Below, in pieces: positions 1 to 10,836 of a DNA stretch of 23,344 bases. A program made the position numbers and the translations under genes. This stretch comes from Octopus sinensis. Taxonomy: Eukaryota. The notes under the pieces are model-generated. The model did not search any database. It was not told the DNA's origin and saw only the letters and a list, made by a program, of their open reading frames with translations. The first letter of the stretch is position 1, and each line of letters opens with the position of its first letter. Where the stretch lies: the NCBI RefSeq assembly GCF_006345805.1, contig NW_021836629.1:1-23344 (forward strand), given 5' to 3'.

Positions 1-119
1 ATATGTATACATAGACACACACACACATATTTGCTATTTGGAATGTGTTCACTTGTCGATTGTCAGGTTGACACTTGTTTTACATTACAGCTTTATTTAT
101 TTGGAATTAGGGAAGTGCA

Positions 120-830
120 TGAATGTCGGGCAGTATTTATACTTACGATAAAAAATAACGTCAGAGAATTTAACAGTGAGGAGTTGTGGAGGCGAAGAAT
201 AGTTAATGAACCTTTTATACATAACATACATTTACCTATATTTGTGTTGTAGAGGGGAGCTTCACATACTATGGACCACGATAGAGCGTGTTGGGCTTTG
301 TTTTGAATTGAGGTTGTATATGTGTGTTGCTAAAGATTGAAATAGTTTAGATTCGGGATTAGTGAAGGAATACATATGAGCACGACAACGACATTGAAAA
401 TCCTCAGTGCCATTAATATACACCCTTGCCTGGTGGGTGCATGGGGTCATCACGTGGCACTTATAGATTACGCTTTTGAGGAGACAGGTGTCTTCATACC
501 ATATATTTCAGAAGCGCGACAGTTGCAAGTGGTTGGGGTTTACTATTAGTAATGTTGATGTTGGTTGGTTTGTTGTTAGTGGGGAGAATCTAAATTAGGA
601 TTTATATTAGTATCGGATTGAGAGGTTGTAATGGAACTAATATTTGTCGTCTCGTAGACAGGGTTGTAGAATGTTGGCTTAAGATTAGTATTATACAATT
701 GAGGTGGCTTATTAATGTTTGTATTATTGTATTGTGAAGTTTAGCTTGGGATTTGGGGGAATATTTTGGTTTTTATCCACACATAAAGCCTACCGGTGTT
801 TTATAAAGACTTATGGAACCACGGGTCCGC
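120..830 (-). mobile_element. Decayed Penelope-like retroelement, C-terminal linker plus GIY-YIG endonuclease (copy 1)
   Basis: Manual minus-strand translation across stops and frameshifts gives YETTNISSITTS...TCNCRASEIY / TCLLKSVIYKCHV...RVYINGTEDFQCRCRAHMYSFTNP...SLATHIYNL / LSWSIVCEAPLYNTNIGKCMLCIKGSLTI...LLNS. This follows the recalled PLE pattern CNCR..C....IYKA.V...YIGxTE..FK.R...H..SF...WSI.....Y......CxLC. Confidence 0.8.
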
Positions 831-1149
831 TGCTAGCTTTGTTGTTGTTGATGTGTATGTATTTTCAAAATGTTTTATTCTTCAACTTTGAGATGTATTG
901 TTGATTTTTTTAAAATTTTATATTACTATAATCAGCAACAAACAGCTTCCGTCAATATTAAATTCTTTATTGGATAAAAAAAACATTATCAAAACATGAA
1001 GTTAAAACAAAACAAATGTGCTTTGTTTTCTTCCAGGCACAAATGTCCTGTAGCAATAGTCTTTCATCGACTGACCTTTCCTCCAAAAAAATCAGTGGAA
1101 TCATTCGATCTCCATACACAAATAATTTTCCTCCTGGAACTATAAAAAA

Positions 1150-1237
1150 AGTTACACACATTAGGCGCACCTTTCTCTAAGCGGCACACTAAATTTCCCA
1201 GGTAAAAAATAGCGGCTTATACACCGGAAAATACGGT
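1150..1237. mobile_element. pogo/Tc2-type DNA transposon terminal inverted repeat remnant
   Basis: gcggcttatacaccggaaaatacggt (1212-1237) plus subterminal taggcgcac/aagcggcac motifs resemble TACCGTATTTTCCGG-type TIRs of pogo-like Tc1/mariner elements. No partner TIR or transposase found. Confidence 0.55.
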
Positions 1238-1404
1238 GTTTCTTTTTTTGTCATGTTCATATCGACTTTTCCTCCATAAACGTTACACAAACACTTGACT
1301 GCGCATGCCTAAATGTCTATATTAAAGCATTTTCTAAGCTAAATTCTCTGCCTGATCTACAGGCTCATTAGGCCCCCAGGATATATCGGTATCGAACGTA
1401 TTTC

Positions 1405-1530
1405 AACACACAAGGATACAACACACCGGATACCAGTCTGTCGCAATGTTAACCCCTGGTTAATGCTGGTGCTTTTCAGATGAGAGCACTGGAAGTGTCT
1501 TTTCGTGGACACACAACTACCGAAACAATA
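1405..1530 (-). mobile_element. Degenerate SINE-like remnant (also at ~8750-8870 and ~18525-18645)
   Basis: Motifs ccagtctgtcgcaatgttaac, tgctggtgc and gaagtgtcttttcgtggacacacaac resemble recalled SINE body motifs (ccagtccgtcgcagg; aagtgtcttgctcaaggacacaac). Recognition only. Confidence 0.35.
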
Positions 1531-2080
1531 ATCCATACGCCTATGAGTGTGTGTGTGCGCGCTTATGTACATATCCGTGCGTATGTGGGTGTTTTTGTAT
1601 GCATGTACACACACACACACAAAATCTTTTATTCTTTTATTCTTTTGCTTATTTAATGGTGAATTTTAAAGTCGTTATGCCAATCACATAATCCCCTTCC
1701 GACATAGGCCAAAAGTAAAGCTACGAAAGTGGCTAAGTTTGGAAGAAAACGAAACACCACATGTGACTGGATGGGAAGTAATTGAGAATCCATAACTTAT
1801 GTGAATGGATCGAATAAATATAAACATTGTTTAGCTGAAAGAGTGCATATCCTGTTCAGATCTAAGATGCTTAATCCTCTATTGGACTCTAGGTCGGGAA
1901 TTTTCAGTCGTTGTCAAGTATAAATATATTTTGAAGAACTGAGAAATTCCGTCTATTCTTGATTAGATGTTTGATATTTTATTAGACTTATAATTCAACG
2001 TCTAACAAGGAGAACTCTTAAATGCTGTTTTTACTTTTTCCTTTTCAAATTTTCGTTTTTGTGCTTTCGCTTTCCGATTT

Positions 2081-3130
2081 CCGGAACACTGGGCATGCTG
2101 TGGAAGACATGCACTGGGGCTGCGGCACCTCCAAACATTCTGCGTAAATGGTGAACAGGTGTGGTCATCGTTTGTCAAACAGGCTTTTCCACATCTCATC
2201 TCCTTGAGTAAGCTGCAGTCGTGGGTCAAGAAGAGACCGAGGAAGGGTTACTGGCATCTGGAATGTTGCTAGGCACTCACTGTCCTCTACCAGGTGGGCA
2301 ATGCGATCAGTAGAAAATCCACTCTGAAGTTCTATGGAGGGTTAGTGGAGGGATAGTGCGATGAATCACTTGGAGAGACGCTAGGCGTTGACAAAATTGA
2401 ACTAACCAGTCTGTTGAGGAGGACTTTCAAGACGGGGACGATGGATAACTTCTAGAAGTCCCTTGTTATGCAGTGATGTCGGGGGGCACTGACGGTTCGA
2501 GATAAACTCTACAAGCACGGAAGTTCTGTCTGACCGACCTACCCGACATGTGCGCAGAGCTATGAAATCATTCTACACGCACTCGTCCAGTGTCCTTGCA
2601 TTACTGACATGTGGAGTTATGTTGAACAGCTGTTATCACGTGTACGGTGGTTCTATCTATCGGCCGAGTCCGTAGTGAAGATCGATCATCCACTTTCAAT
2701 CAGTCCGGAAGGTAAGGCAATTTACTTATGTCTAATAGCAAGTAGCGAAAGAGGCTGTGTTGTGGACCAGGTTAAAAGGACTAAAGGCAGAGACTTTTCT
2801 CTACGGCCAATCACTCGTCAACTTTTTCAAATTTTCTTTGGAAAGGAAGATGAGGGTGCAGAGTGAAGTGCTGCCTCCCAGTACATTTGCCAAAAGGTGG
2901 ATGAATAGCGAAAATGGTACGTGTGAGTGGACTTACTCTAATAACACGCCTTTGAGCTAGTGAATTTGAAAGAAAGGGGAGTGTTCTTCCCAGATGCTCT
3001 CGAAGCGTCGAGTGGTTCAGGATTGGGGTGGGGGTACCTGAGCCAACTCCAGGGGATTACCTGCACCTATTACGAACTTTCATTGTAATATTCTTTTGTC
3101 GGATATCATTGTTATTCTTTTAACTGTGTA
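2081..3130 (+). mobile_element. Tx1/L1-clade LINE, 5'-truncated ORF2 C-terminus plus probable 3' UTR (LINE-A, copy 1), with stops and frameshifts
   Basis: Translates as ...GEQVWSSFVKQAFP...FYGGLVEG...MDNF*KSL...LTVRDKLYKHG...YPTCAQSYEIILHALVQCP (decayed zf-RVT)...LWTRLKGLK...RKMRVQ. Homologous to LINE-C. Confidence 0.88.
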
Positions 3131-3177
3131 CTCGTTGTCTCAGCGTTAAATCTCCACTGTCCATGTCTACTGTATCC

Positions 3178-3410
3178 TGTTTCTTTACTACCGACAAGGG
3201 GCTAAACACAGAAAAGACAAACAAGGACAGACAAACGGATTAAGCCGATTATATCGATCACAGTGCGTAACTGGTACTTCTTTAATCGACCCCGAAAGGA
3301 TGAAAGGCAAAGTCGACCTCGGGGGAAATTGAACTCCGAAGATAACGGCAGAAGAAATACCGCTTAGCATTTCGCCCGACGTACTAAAGATTCTGCCAGA
3401 TCTCACCGCT
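3178..3410 (-). mobile_element. tRNA-derived SINE (copy 1)
   Basis: Minus strand shows an A-box-like tggcagaatctttag, a B-box-like ggagttcaatttccc, the body gaggtcgactttgcctttcatcctttcggggtcgat, and a 3' tail tctgtgtttagccccttgtcggtagtaaagaaaca. Confidence 0.85.
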
Positions 3411-3428
3411 ATGCCGGCCCTATTGGCA

Positions 3429-3459
<31 letters not shown>

Positions 3460-3470
3460 TAATAATAATA

Positions 3471-3984
3471 GTAAGGGTTGTTGAAGGATGTTGAACGAAG
3501 ATGTAGCCCATCTTCTTGGTATAGGGGATGGGCTCCAGCAAATATTCTGCTCAATACCACAGATTTGCTTGTCAGTTGCTCGACGTTAACCAGTTGAGCA
3601 TGTCCCTTAGTGGCTGATGATATGTGCATCTCTGATCACAAGCAGAAGTAGTGGGGGAGTATCATAGCCATGTGTTGAGAGGGATTCTTTGGGGTTTGAA
3701 TAATTCACCTCTGGAAACATGGGTGTTTCGTTCAAAATCCGTAAACAACTCTTACTCAGGGACCTTTTGAGCAGGATGGGTTACTCGACCACAAGAAAAT
3801 TCTAACTGGTCCCCACCTAAAAGGTCATGTGCTTTTTATCTTGATATGAGATCATCATGTTTCGCATTTATGGTTGTGATGCATGTGCCTGGTGTACCCT
3901 TATCAGACGGGTAGTCATGATGGGTATACTGGGCTTCGTATATTTTATCCTAGTGTCACTTTGATGGCATGCACTGCTCTCTCA

Positions 3985-3987
<3 letters not shown>
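3471..3987. mobile_element. ~517-bp insertion within (AAT)n, unclassified non-coding interspersed repeat
   Basis: Flanked on both sides by (AAT)n, present in copy 2 and absent at the equivalent site of copy 3. No coding similarity recognised. Confidence 0.65.
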
Positions 3988-4015
<28 letters not shown>

Positions 4016-4048
4016 TAATAATAATAATAATAATTATTATTATTATTA

Positions 4049-4088
<40 letters not shown>

Positions 4089-4131
4089 TATTATTATTTT
4101 TATTATTATTATTATAATTATTATTGTTATT
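3988..4131. repeat. (AAT)n followed by (ATT)n compound microsatellite
   Basis: Seen directly; polarity switch near 4033. A further (AAT)n lies at 3428-3470. Confidence 0.97.
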
Positions 4132-4476
4132 GGAAAGTTCTTCCGGCTAAACATTTCACTCACTTCTTCACAGTAAAATTATATCATTTAATGCAATCGT
4201 TAATGTGATATTCCCTCCAGTTTCATATTAAAGAAAAGCTTAGGCAGGGTTATGTATATATTACATCACACACAGAGACACACACACACACACACACACA
4301 CGAACAATCGTACACATCAACTCTCCTCCTCTTCTTTCCCCTCTCTCTCTTCTATCACTCCCTCTACCCCTCTCTCATTTTAACTCTTCCACTTCCACCG
4401 CCAATCATCATAAACTGCTGACTGAAAATTTCAAGTCGAAATAATATAATTAGAAAAACAGATGCCATATATATAT

Positions 4477-4833
4477 GTCTTAGGATGTGGAATGTTCGTA
4501 TCAGCTAACACGGACTACGTCATCATAATACTCTCCACGAAGTGTTGATAGGAGCAAAGCTTATCCAGGTGAAGTCGGTGGGCCTGCAAATCGGCAGATG
4601 GAGAGGCAGACCCATACCAACCGACAGTTTGTAGGGCGCTAAAGTGAAAGACAGGTTAAACTGTTTGGGGTCTGGTCTGCTGTAGACCCCGAGGTGGGAC
4701 AACAACAGGTGGGAGGTGACGAACAGGATAGTCGATCTCACCCAGAAATTGGCAGAGAGAGGGAGTGTTCGTGAAGGGTCGAGTCGAGGTGGCGAATGCG
4801 TACATCGCTTCCGTCATCTATGACTGCCTGAAT
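4477..4833 (+). mobile_element. Tx1-clade LINE fragment (LINE-B, copy 1): decayed RT catalytic region to thumb
   Basis: LGCGMFVSANTDYVIII (position of SAYADDV)...IGAKLIQVKSVGLQIGRWRG...WEVTNRIVDLTQKLAE.../VKGRVEVANAYIASVIYDCLN. Begins immediately after (TA)n. Confidence 0.82.
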
Positions 4834-5253
4834 ATAATAACCACATTGTATCAAACGCCAGGATACAAGTGTTCGTCTGGTACGTTGATTTTTGTTAATT
4901 TTTATGTCTTGACAAAGGCTGCGCTGATGAGTGAAAAGTGCATTTTGTGCACTAATTACGGAATCATATGATGTTCAGCTACGTCTGTTTCTGGAGGCTC
5001 GCTTTGAGAGTTGCATTCCCTCGCGTTTTGTACAATGTGGGCATTATAGTAGTTTTGACTTCAAGAGACCCTCCTAGCGTGAGACATTTATGTATAAGTA
5101 ATGCCCTTAATATATATAAATATATTCATAGGGAATAATTAATAAGTTATCCTTTCTGAGGTTTTTCACGATAACTACTTGATAAATCCTCGTAAAAATA
5201 CTATCCTATATTTCAATTATATATATTTATTAGTAGCCCCAAACTTACTTTGT

Positions 5254-5292
<39 letters not shown>

Positions 5293-5669
5293 ATGTATAT
5301 ATATATATATATATTTTACATATATGTATATATCTATGTATATGTGAGCGTGTGTATGTATATGTGTATGTGTTTCAGTTTATCCACTATGACCGCTTGG
5401 GAACATGTTCCGGTTTTTTCACGTCCCAGTAATTTGGCCGATCGGTATCTTGTTAAATTCCTTACAACCACTTGAAACTTTTCACATTTTTACCACGTCA
5501 TTTTCAAAGCATTTACGTCTGATGCAGAATTGCCTGCCGCTGACGATAATTGCCTTCATGTTTTTCTTTTTTCTGGTAAATAATAATAAAAAAATCAAAA
5601 GTATAAAGTTGCGTAACTGTAGGCAAATCAGCGGAAGGGATCGCGAGGATACGCAGCAGGCTTAACAAC

Positions 5670-5755
5670 AAATACTGGGGTCGATTTGTGCGACTAAAAC
5701 ACTTTAAGGCAGTGCCCCAGCATAGGCGCAGCCCAATGGATGAAAAACGTAAGGA
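5670..5755 (+). mobile_element. SINE 3' fragment (also at 13030-13115)
   Basis: tactggggtcgatttgtgcgactaaa...aaggcagtgccccagcat resembles the reverse complement of 21546-21677 (ccagggttgatttgctcgactaaaggcggtgctccagcat). Confidence 0.6.
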
Positions 5756-5887
5756 ATTGTTTACAGCTATGGTTTAAATTCTATGCCATAAATTAGAATT
5801 GTCGGATCTCATCGAAGACAGCGAACGGGAATTGAAGCTCTATGGTTTGTGTTCCTGAAGTTTTAAAGGATGCAACAATAGAAAATG

Positions 5888-5933
5888 ATCTATCTATCGA
5901 TCAATCAATCGATCTTCTATCTATATCTCTATA

Positions 5934-5995
<62 letters not shown>

Positions 5996-6029
5996 CCTAC
6001 CTATATATCTACATATCTATCTATCTATC
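5888..6029. repeat. (TATC)n microsatellite abutting the 5' junction of LINE-C
   Basis: Seen directly. Confidence 0.97.
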
Positions 6030-6827
6030 TGGAACGAGATAACGAGTAGGGTGGTCACTCTCGCCCAGCAATGGGCCGAGAGGAAAGTGTCCCTAAAAGG
6101 TCGGGTGGAGCTGGCGAACCCCTACGTCGCGTCCATCATCTACTACCGCCTGACCGTCATACCTTGTCCCGACCCTACCATCACCAAACTAGAACGCATC
6201 CTCTTCCGCTTCTTGTGGAAAGGATGCGTCCCGATGCTCAGGCGATCCATTTGCTGTCAACACTCGTTAAAAGAATGGCTGGGCATGCCGTGGTTGATGA
6301 TGCGCAGACACGCGCTGAGACTGCAACATCTCCGGCTCTATGTAGACGACGGTGAACAGGTGTGGTCACCGTTTGTGAGGCACGCATTCCCGCAACTCGT
6401 CTCCATGACCGAACAACAGTCGTGGATCAAAAAGAAGCCGAGTACGGGCGAATGGCACCGCGAGTGTCGCGTTGCTCTCAAGCAACTCTGCCGTCCCGGG
6501 TCGACCTTGAGTGACTTCAACACAACCAAAGAATTCTATAGGGGATTAGTGGAGGGGAGGTACGACGACGATCTCGTGGCAAACCTGGGCGTCGACGAGG
6601 AATAGGTGACCCGCCTGTTTCAAACGACTTTCGGCCCGGGACCTATGGACAACTTCTAGAGATCCCTGGCCTGGCGGTGCTACAGAGAAGCGCTACCCGT
6701 TCGGGATAAGCTCTATAGGCATGGCTCGAGAAACACGGGGCCGACCTGCCCGAGATGCGGGCAGAGCGACGAAACCGCTCTGCACGCAATCGTGCAGTGT
6801 CCAGCAATTTCCGACCTGTGGGCTTAT
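6030..6827 (+). mobile_element. Tx1-clade LINE ORF2 fragment (LINE-C, copy 1), truncated at both ends
   Basis: One frame with two stops: WNEITSRV...SLKGRVELANPYVASIIYYRL...LERILFRFLWKG...LGMPWL...SLAWRCYREALPVRDKL...CPRCGQSDETALHAIVQCP (zf-RVT CCHC). Resembles the recalled Xenopus Tx1 ORF2 segment LSMRGRALVINQLVASQIWYRL. Confidence 0.92.
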
Positions 6828-7465
6828 TTATCCTTCGTCCTGAATTCTCGCCCCTCCATCCTTATCTCTATTTACTCTTATTACCAGGTTCCTTCACGTT
6901 TGTCTGTATTTATATATGTATATATTTATTTATTCATTTATTTATATTACCTCAACATCCAAACTTCCTCATTCTACATTGAGAGAAGGACGAGATGGAC
7001 GCTTCATTTTTATGCTGTTGCCGCATTATGTCGTACGCGAATGAGAGGATTTGCATCCCCAACGTAGAATTTTTGATGTAATACATGTCCTTGAGGTAGT
7101 AATTGTGCGCGGCTGAAGAAGGCCACAGACACACATTATGCATTGTTATAAATCCGTCTAATAAAGGCCCGAAACTTATGTACCGCTGAATCCTTGGCAT
7201 CATGTTTTTATTTTGATTAATCTACTCCACCACCTACACCACCAAACGGTATATACAGGTGCTTACAATTATGAAGTACTCACCCTGAATTTCTATATAT
7301 ATACATATATAGATATATGCGTACATAGGCACACTCACACACACACACATATAAGCTATTTGGAATGTGTTCTCTTGTCGATTGTCAGGTTGACTCTTGT
7401 TTTACATTAGACATTTGATGGGCTTCGGGGCTTGCTATAGGATTATTTAGAATTAGTGAAGTGCA

Positions 7466-8173
7466 TGAATGTCGGACGGTATTTAGGCTTACGATAAAAA
7501 ATAACGTCAGAGAATTTAACAGCGAGGAGTTGTGGAGGCGAAGAATAGTTAATGACCCTTTTATACATAACATACATTTACCTATATTTGTGTTGTAGAG
7601 GGGAGCTTCACATACTATGGACCACGATAGAGCGTGTTGGACATTGTTTTGAATTGAGGTTGTATATGTGTGTTGCTAAAGATTGAAATAGTTTAGATTC
7701 GGGATTAGTGAAAGAATACATATGAGCACGACAACGACATTGAAAATCCTCAGTGCCATTAATATACACCCTTGCCTGGTGGGTGCATGGGGTCATCACG
7801 TGGCACTTATAGATTAGACTTTTGAGGCGACAGGAGCCTGCATACCGTATATTTCAGAGCAGGACAGTTGTAAGTGGTTGGGGTTTACTATTAGTAATGT
7901 TGATGTTGGTTGGTTTGTTGTTAGTAGGGATAATCTAACTTAGGATTTATATTAGTATCGGATTGGGAGTTTGTAATGGAACTAATATTTGTCGTCTCAT
8001 AGATAGGGTTGTAGAATGTTGGCTTAAGTTTAGTATTATACAATTGAGGTGGTTTATTAAGGTTTGAATTATTGTATTGTCAACGCTAGCCTGGGATTTT
8101 CGGAAAAATTTTGTTTTATCCACACATAAAGCCTACCGGTGTTTTATAAAGACTTATGGAACCACGTGACCGC
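7466..8173 (-). mobile_element. Decayed Penelope-like element GIY-YIG region (copy 2)
   Basis: Homologous to 120-830. ORF-track pieces 7608-7799 (VYINGTE) and 7385-7573 (MLCIKG...LLNS) fall here. Confidence 0.78.
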
Positions 8174-8491
8174 TGCAAGCTTTGTTGTTGTTGATGTGTA
8201 TGTATTTTCAAAATGTTTTATTCTTCAACTTTGAGATGTATTGTTGATTTTTTAAATTTTATCTTACTATAATCAGCAACAAACAACTTCCGTCAATATT
8301 AAATTCTTTATTGGATAAAAAAAAACATTATCAAAACATGAAGTTAAAACAAAACAAATGTGCTTTGTTTTCTTCCAGGCACAAATGTCCTGTAGCAATA
8401 GTCTTTCATCGACCGACCTTTCCTCCAAAAAAATCAGTGGAATCATTCGATCTCCATACACAAATTATTTTCCTCCTGGAACTATAAAAAA

Positions 8492-8579
8492 AGTTACACA
8501 CATTAGGCGCACCTTTCTCTAAGCGGCACACTAAATTTCCCAGGTAAGAAATAGCAGCTTATACACCGGAAAATACGGT
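8492..8579. mobile_element. pogo/Tc2-type TIR remnant (copy 2)
   Basis: gcagcttatacaccggaaaatacggt at 8554-8579. Confidence 0.55.
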
Positions 8580-9424
8580 GTTTCTTTTTTTGTCGTATTC
8601 ATATCGACTTTCACTCCATAAACGTTACACAAACACTTGACTGCGCATGCCTAAATGTCTACATTAAAGTATTTTCTAAGCTAAATTCTTCTGCCTGATC
8701 TACAGGCTCATTAGGCCCCCAGTATATCTCGGTTTCGAACGTATCAACCCACAAGGAGGATACAACACACAGGATACCAGTTCTGTCGCAATGTTAACCC
8801 CTGGTTAATGGGGTACTTTCAGATGAGAGCACTGGAAGTGTCTTTCTCGTGGACACAACTTACCGAAACAATAATCCATACGCCTATATGTGTGTGTGTG
8901 CGCGCTTATGTACATATCCGTGCGTATGTGGGTGTATTTTTGTATGCATGTACACACACACACACACAATCTTTTATTCTTTTAATCTTTTGCTTATTTA
9001 AGGTGAATTTCAAAGTCGTAATGCCAATCACATAATCCCCTTCCGACATAGGCCAAAAGTAAAGCTACGAAAGTGGCTAAGTTTGGAAGAAAACGAAACA
9101 CCACATGTGACTGGATGGGAAGTAATTGAGAATCCATAACTTATGTGAATGGATCGAATAAATATAAACATTGTTTAGCTGAAAGAGTGCATATCCTGTT
9201 CAGATCTAAGATGCTTAATCCTCTATTGGACTCTAGGTCGGGAATTTTCAGTCGTTGTCAAGTATAAATATATTTTGAAGAACTGAAAAATTCCGTCTAT
9301 TCTTGATTAGATTTTTGATATTTTATTAGCCTTATAATTCAATGTCTAACAAGGAGAACTCTTAAATGCTGTTTTTACTTTTCCCTTTTCAAATTTTCGT
9401 TTTTGTGCTTTCGCTTTCCGATTT

Positions 9425-10470
9425 CTGGAACACTGGGCATGCTGTGGAAGACATGCACTGGGGCTGCGGCACCTCAAACATTCTGCGTAAATGGTGAACA
9501 GGTGGGTCATCATCGTTTGTCAAACAGGCTTTCCACATCTCATCTCCTTGAGTAAGCTGCAGTCGTGGGTCAAGAAGAGACCGAGGAAGGGTTACTGGCA
9601 TCTGGAATGTTGCTAGGCACTCACTGTCCTCTACCAGGTGGGCAATGCGATCAGTAGAAAATCCACTCTGAAGTTCTATGGAGGGTTAGTGGAGGGAAAG
9701 TGCGATGAAGCACTTGGAGAGACGCTAGGGGTTGACAAAATTGAACTAACCAGTCTGTTGAGGAGGACTTTCAAGACGGGGACGATGGATAACTTCTAGA
9801 CGTCCCTTGTTATGCAGTGCTGTCGGGGGGCACTGACGGTTCGAGATAAACTCTACAAGCACGGAAGTTCTGTCTGACCGACCTACCCGACATGTGCGCA
9901 GAGCTATGAAATCATTCTGCACGCACTCGTCCAGTGTCCTTGCATTACTGACATGTGGAGATATGTTGAAAAGCTGTTATCACGTGTACGGTGGTTCTAT
10001 CTATCGGCCGAGTCCGTAGTGAAGATCGATCATCCACTTTCAATCAGTCCGGAGGTCAGGCAATTTACTTATGTCTAATAGCAAGTAGCGAAAGAGGCTG
10101 TGTTGTGGACCAGGTTAAAAGGACTAAAGGCAGAGACTTTTCTCTACGGCCAATCACTCGTCAACTTTTTCAAATTTCTTTGGAAGGAAGATGAGGGTGC
10201 AGAGTGAAGTGCTGCCTCCCAGTACATTTGCCAAAAATTGATGAATAGCGAAAATGGTACGTGTGAGTGGACTTACTCTAATAACACGCCTTTGAGCTAG
10301 TGAATTGAAAGAAAGGAGAGTGTTCTTCCCAGATGCTCTCGAAGCGTCGAGTGGTTCAGGATTGGGGTGGGGTACCTGAGCCAACTCCAGGGATTACCTG
10401 CGGCTATTACGAACTTTCATTTTATTTCTTTTGTTTCTTCATTGTTTATTCTTTTTACTGTGTGTACTCG
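9425..10470 (+). mobile_element. LINE-A, copy 2
   Basis: Near-identical to 2081-3130. Confidence 0.88.
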
Positions 10471-10513
10471 TTGTCTCAGCGTTAAATCTCCACTGTCCAT
10501 GTCTACTGTATCC

Positions 10514-10746
10514 TGTTTCTTTACTACCCACAAGGGGCTAAACACAGAAAAGACAAACAAGGACAGACAAACGGATTAAGCCGATTATATCGATCACAGT
10601 GCGTAACTGGTACTTCTTTAATCGACCCCGAAAGGATGAAAGGCAAAGTCGACCTCGGGGAAATTGAACTCCGAAGATAACGGCAGAAGAAATACCGGCT
10701 TAGCATTTCGCCCGACGTACTAAAGGTTCTGCCAGATCTCACCGCT
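10514..10746 (-). mobile_element. tRNA-derived SINE (copy 2)
   Basis: Same as 3178-3410. Confidence 0.85.
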
Positions 10747-10767
10747 ATGCCGGCCCTATTGGCAAAA

Positions 10768-10807
<40 letters not shown>

Positions 10808-10836
10808 TATAAATAATAATAATAATAATAATAATA

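Larger units (their letters stand above)
1..6827 (+). repeat. Segmental duplication unit, copy 1 (left end may extend beyond the window)
   Basis: Collinear near-identity with 7313-14174, e.g. gctatttggaatgtg at 33 and 7355. The match ends inside a LINE at gacctgtgggcttat (6827). Confidence 0.95.

Noticed and set aside
45-67. Possible decayed hammerhead downstream of the PLE ORF (minus strand ctgacaatcgacaagtgaacac)
   Set aside because: The position fits PLE biology, but the core needs at least three changes to reach CUGAUGA/GAAAC and no convincing stems were found. A covariance-model search of intact family members would be needed.
1017-1180. Polypyrimidine tract plus AG (ttttcttccag) followed by an open frame, suggesting an exon
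   Set aside because: No recognisable protein, no clear donor, adjacent to a transposon TIR, and indels between copies disrupt the frame.
3320-3410. tRNA gene
   Set aside because: A/B boxes are present, but they are followed by a SINE body and LINE-like tail with no complete cloverleaf, so this is a SINE head.
4915-4970. Hammerhead-like ctgatgagtgaaa (also ~12298)
   Set aside because: Only 2 nt lie between CUGAUGA and GAAA, so stem II cannot form, and I could not build stems I/III with a UH cleavage site.
5179-5665. ORFs conserved between copies 1 and 2 (and 12549-13025)
   Set aside because: They span CA/TA microsatellites, frames differ between copies, and conservation simply reflects recent duplication.
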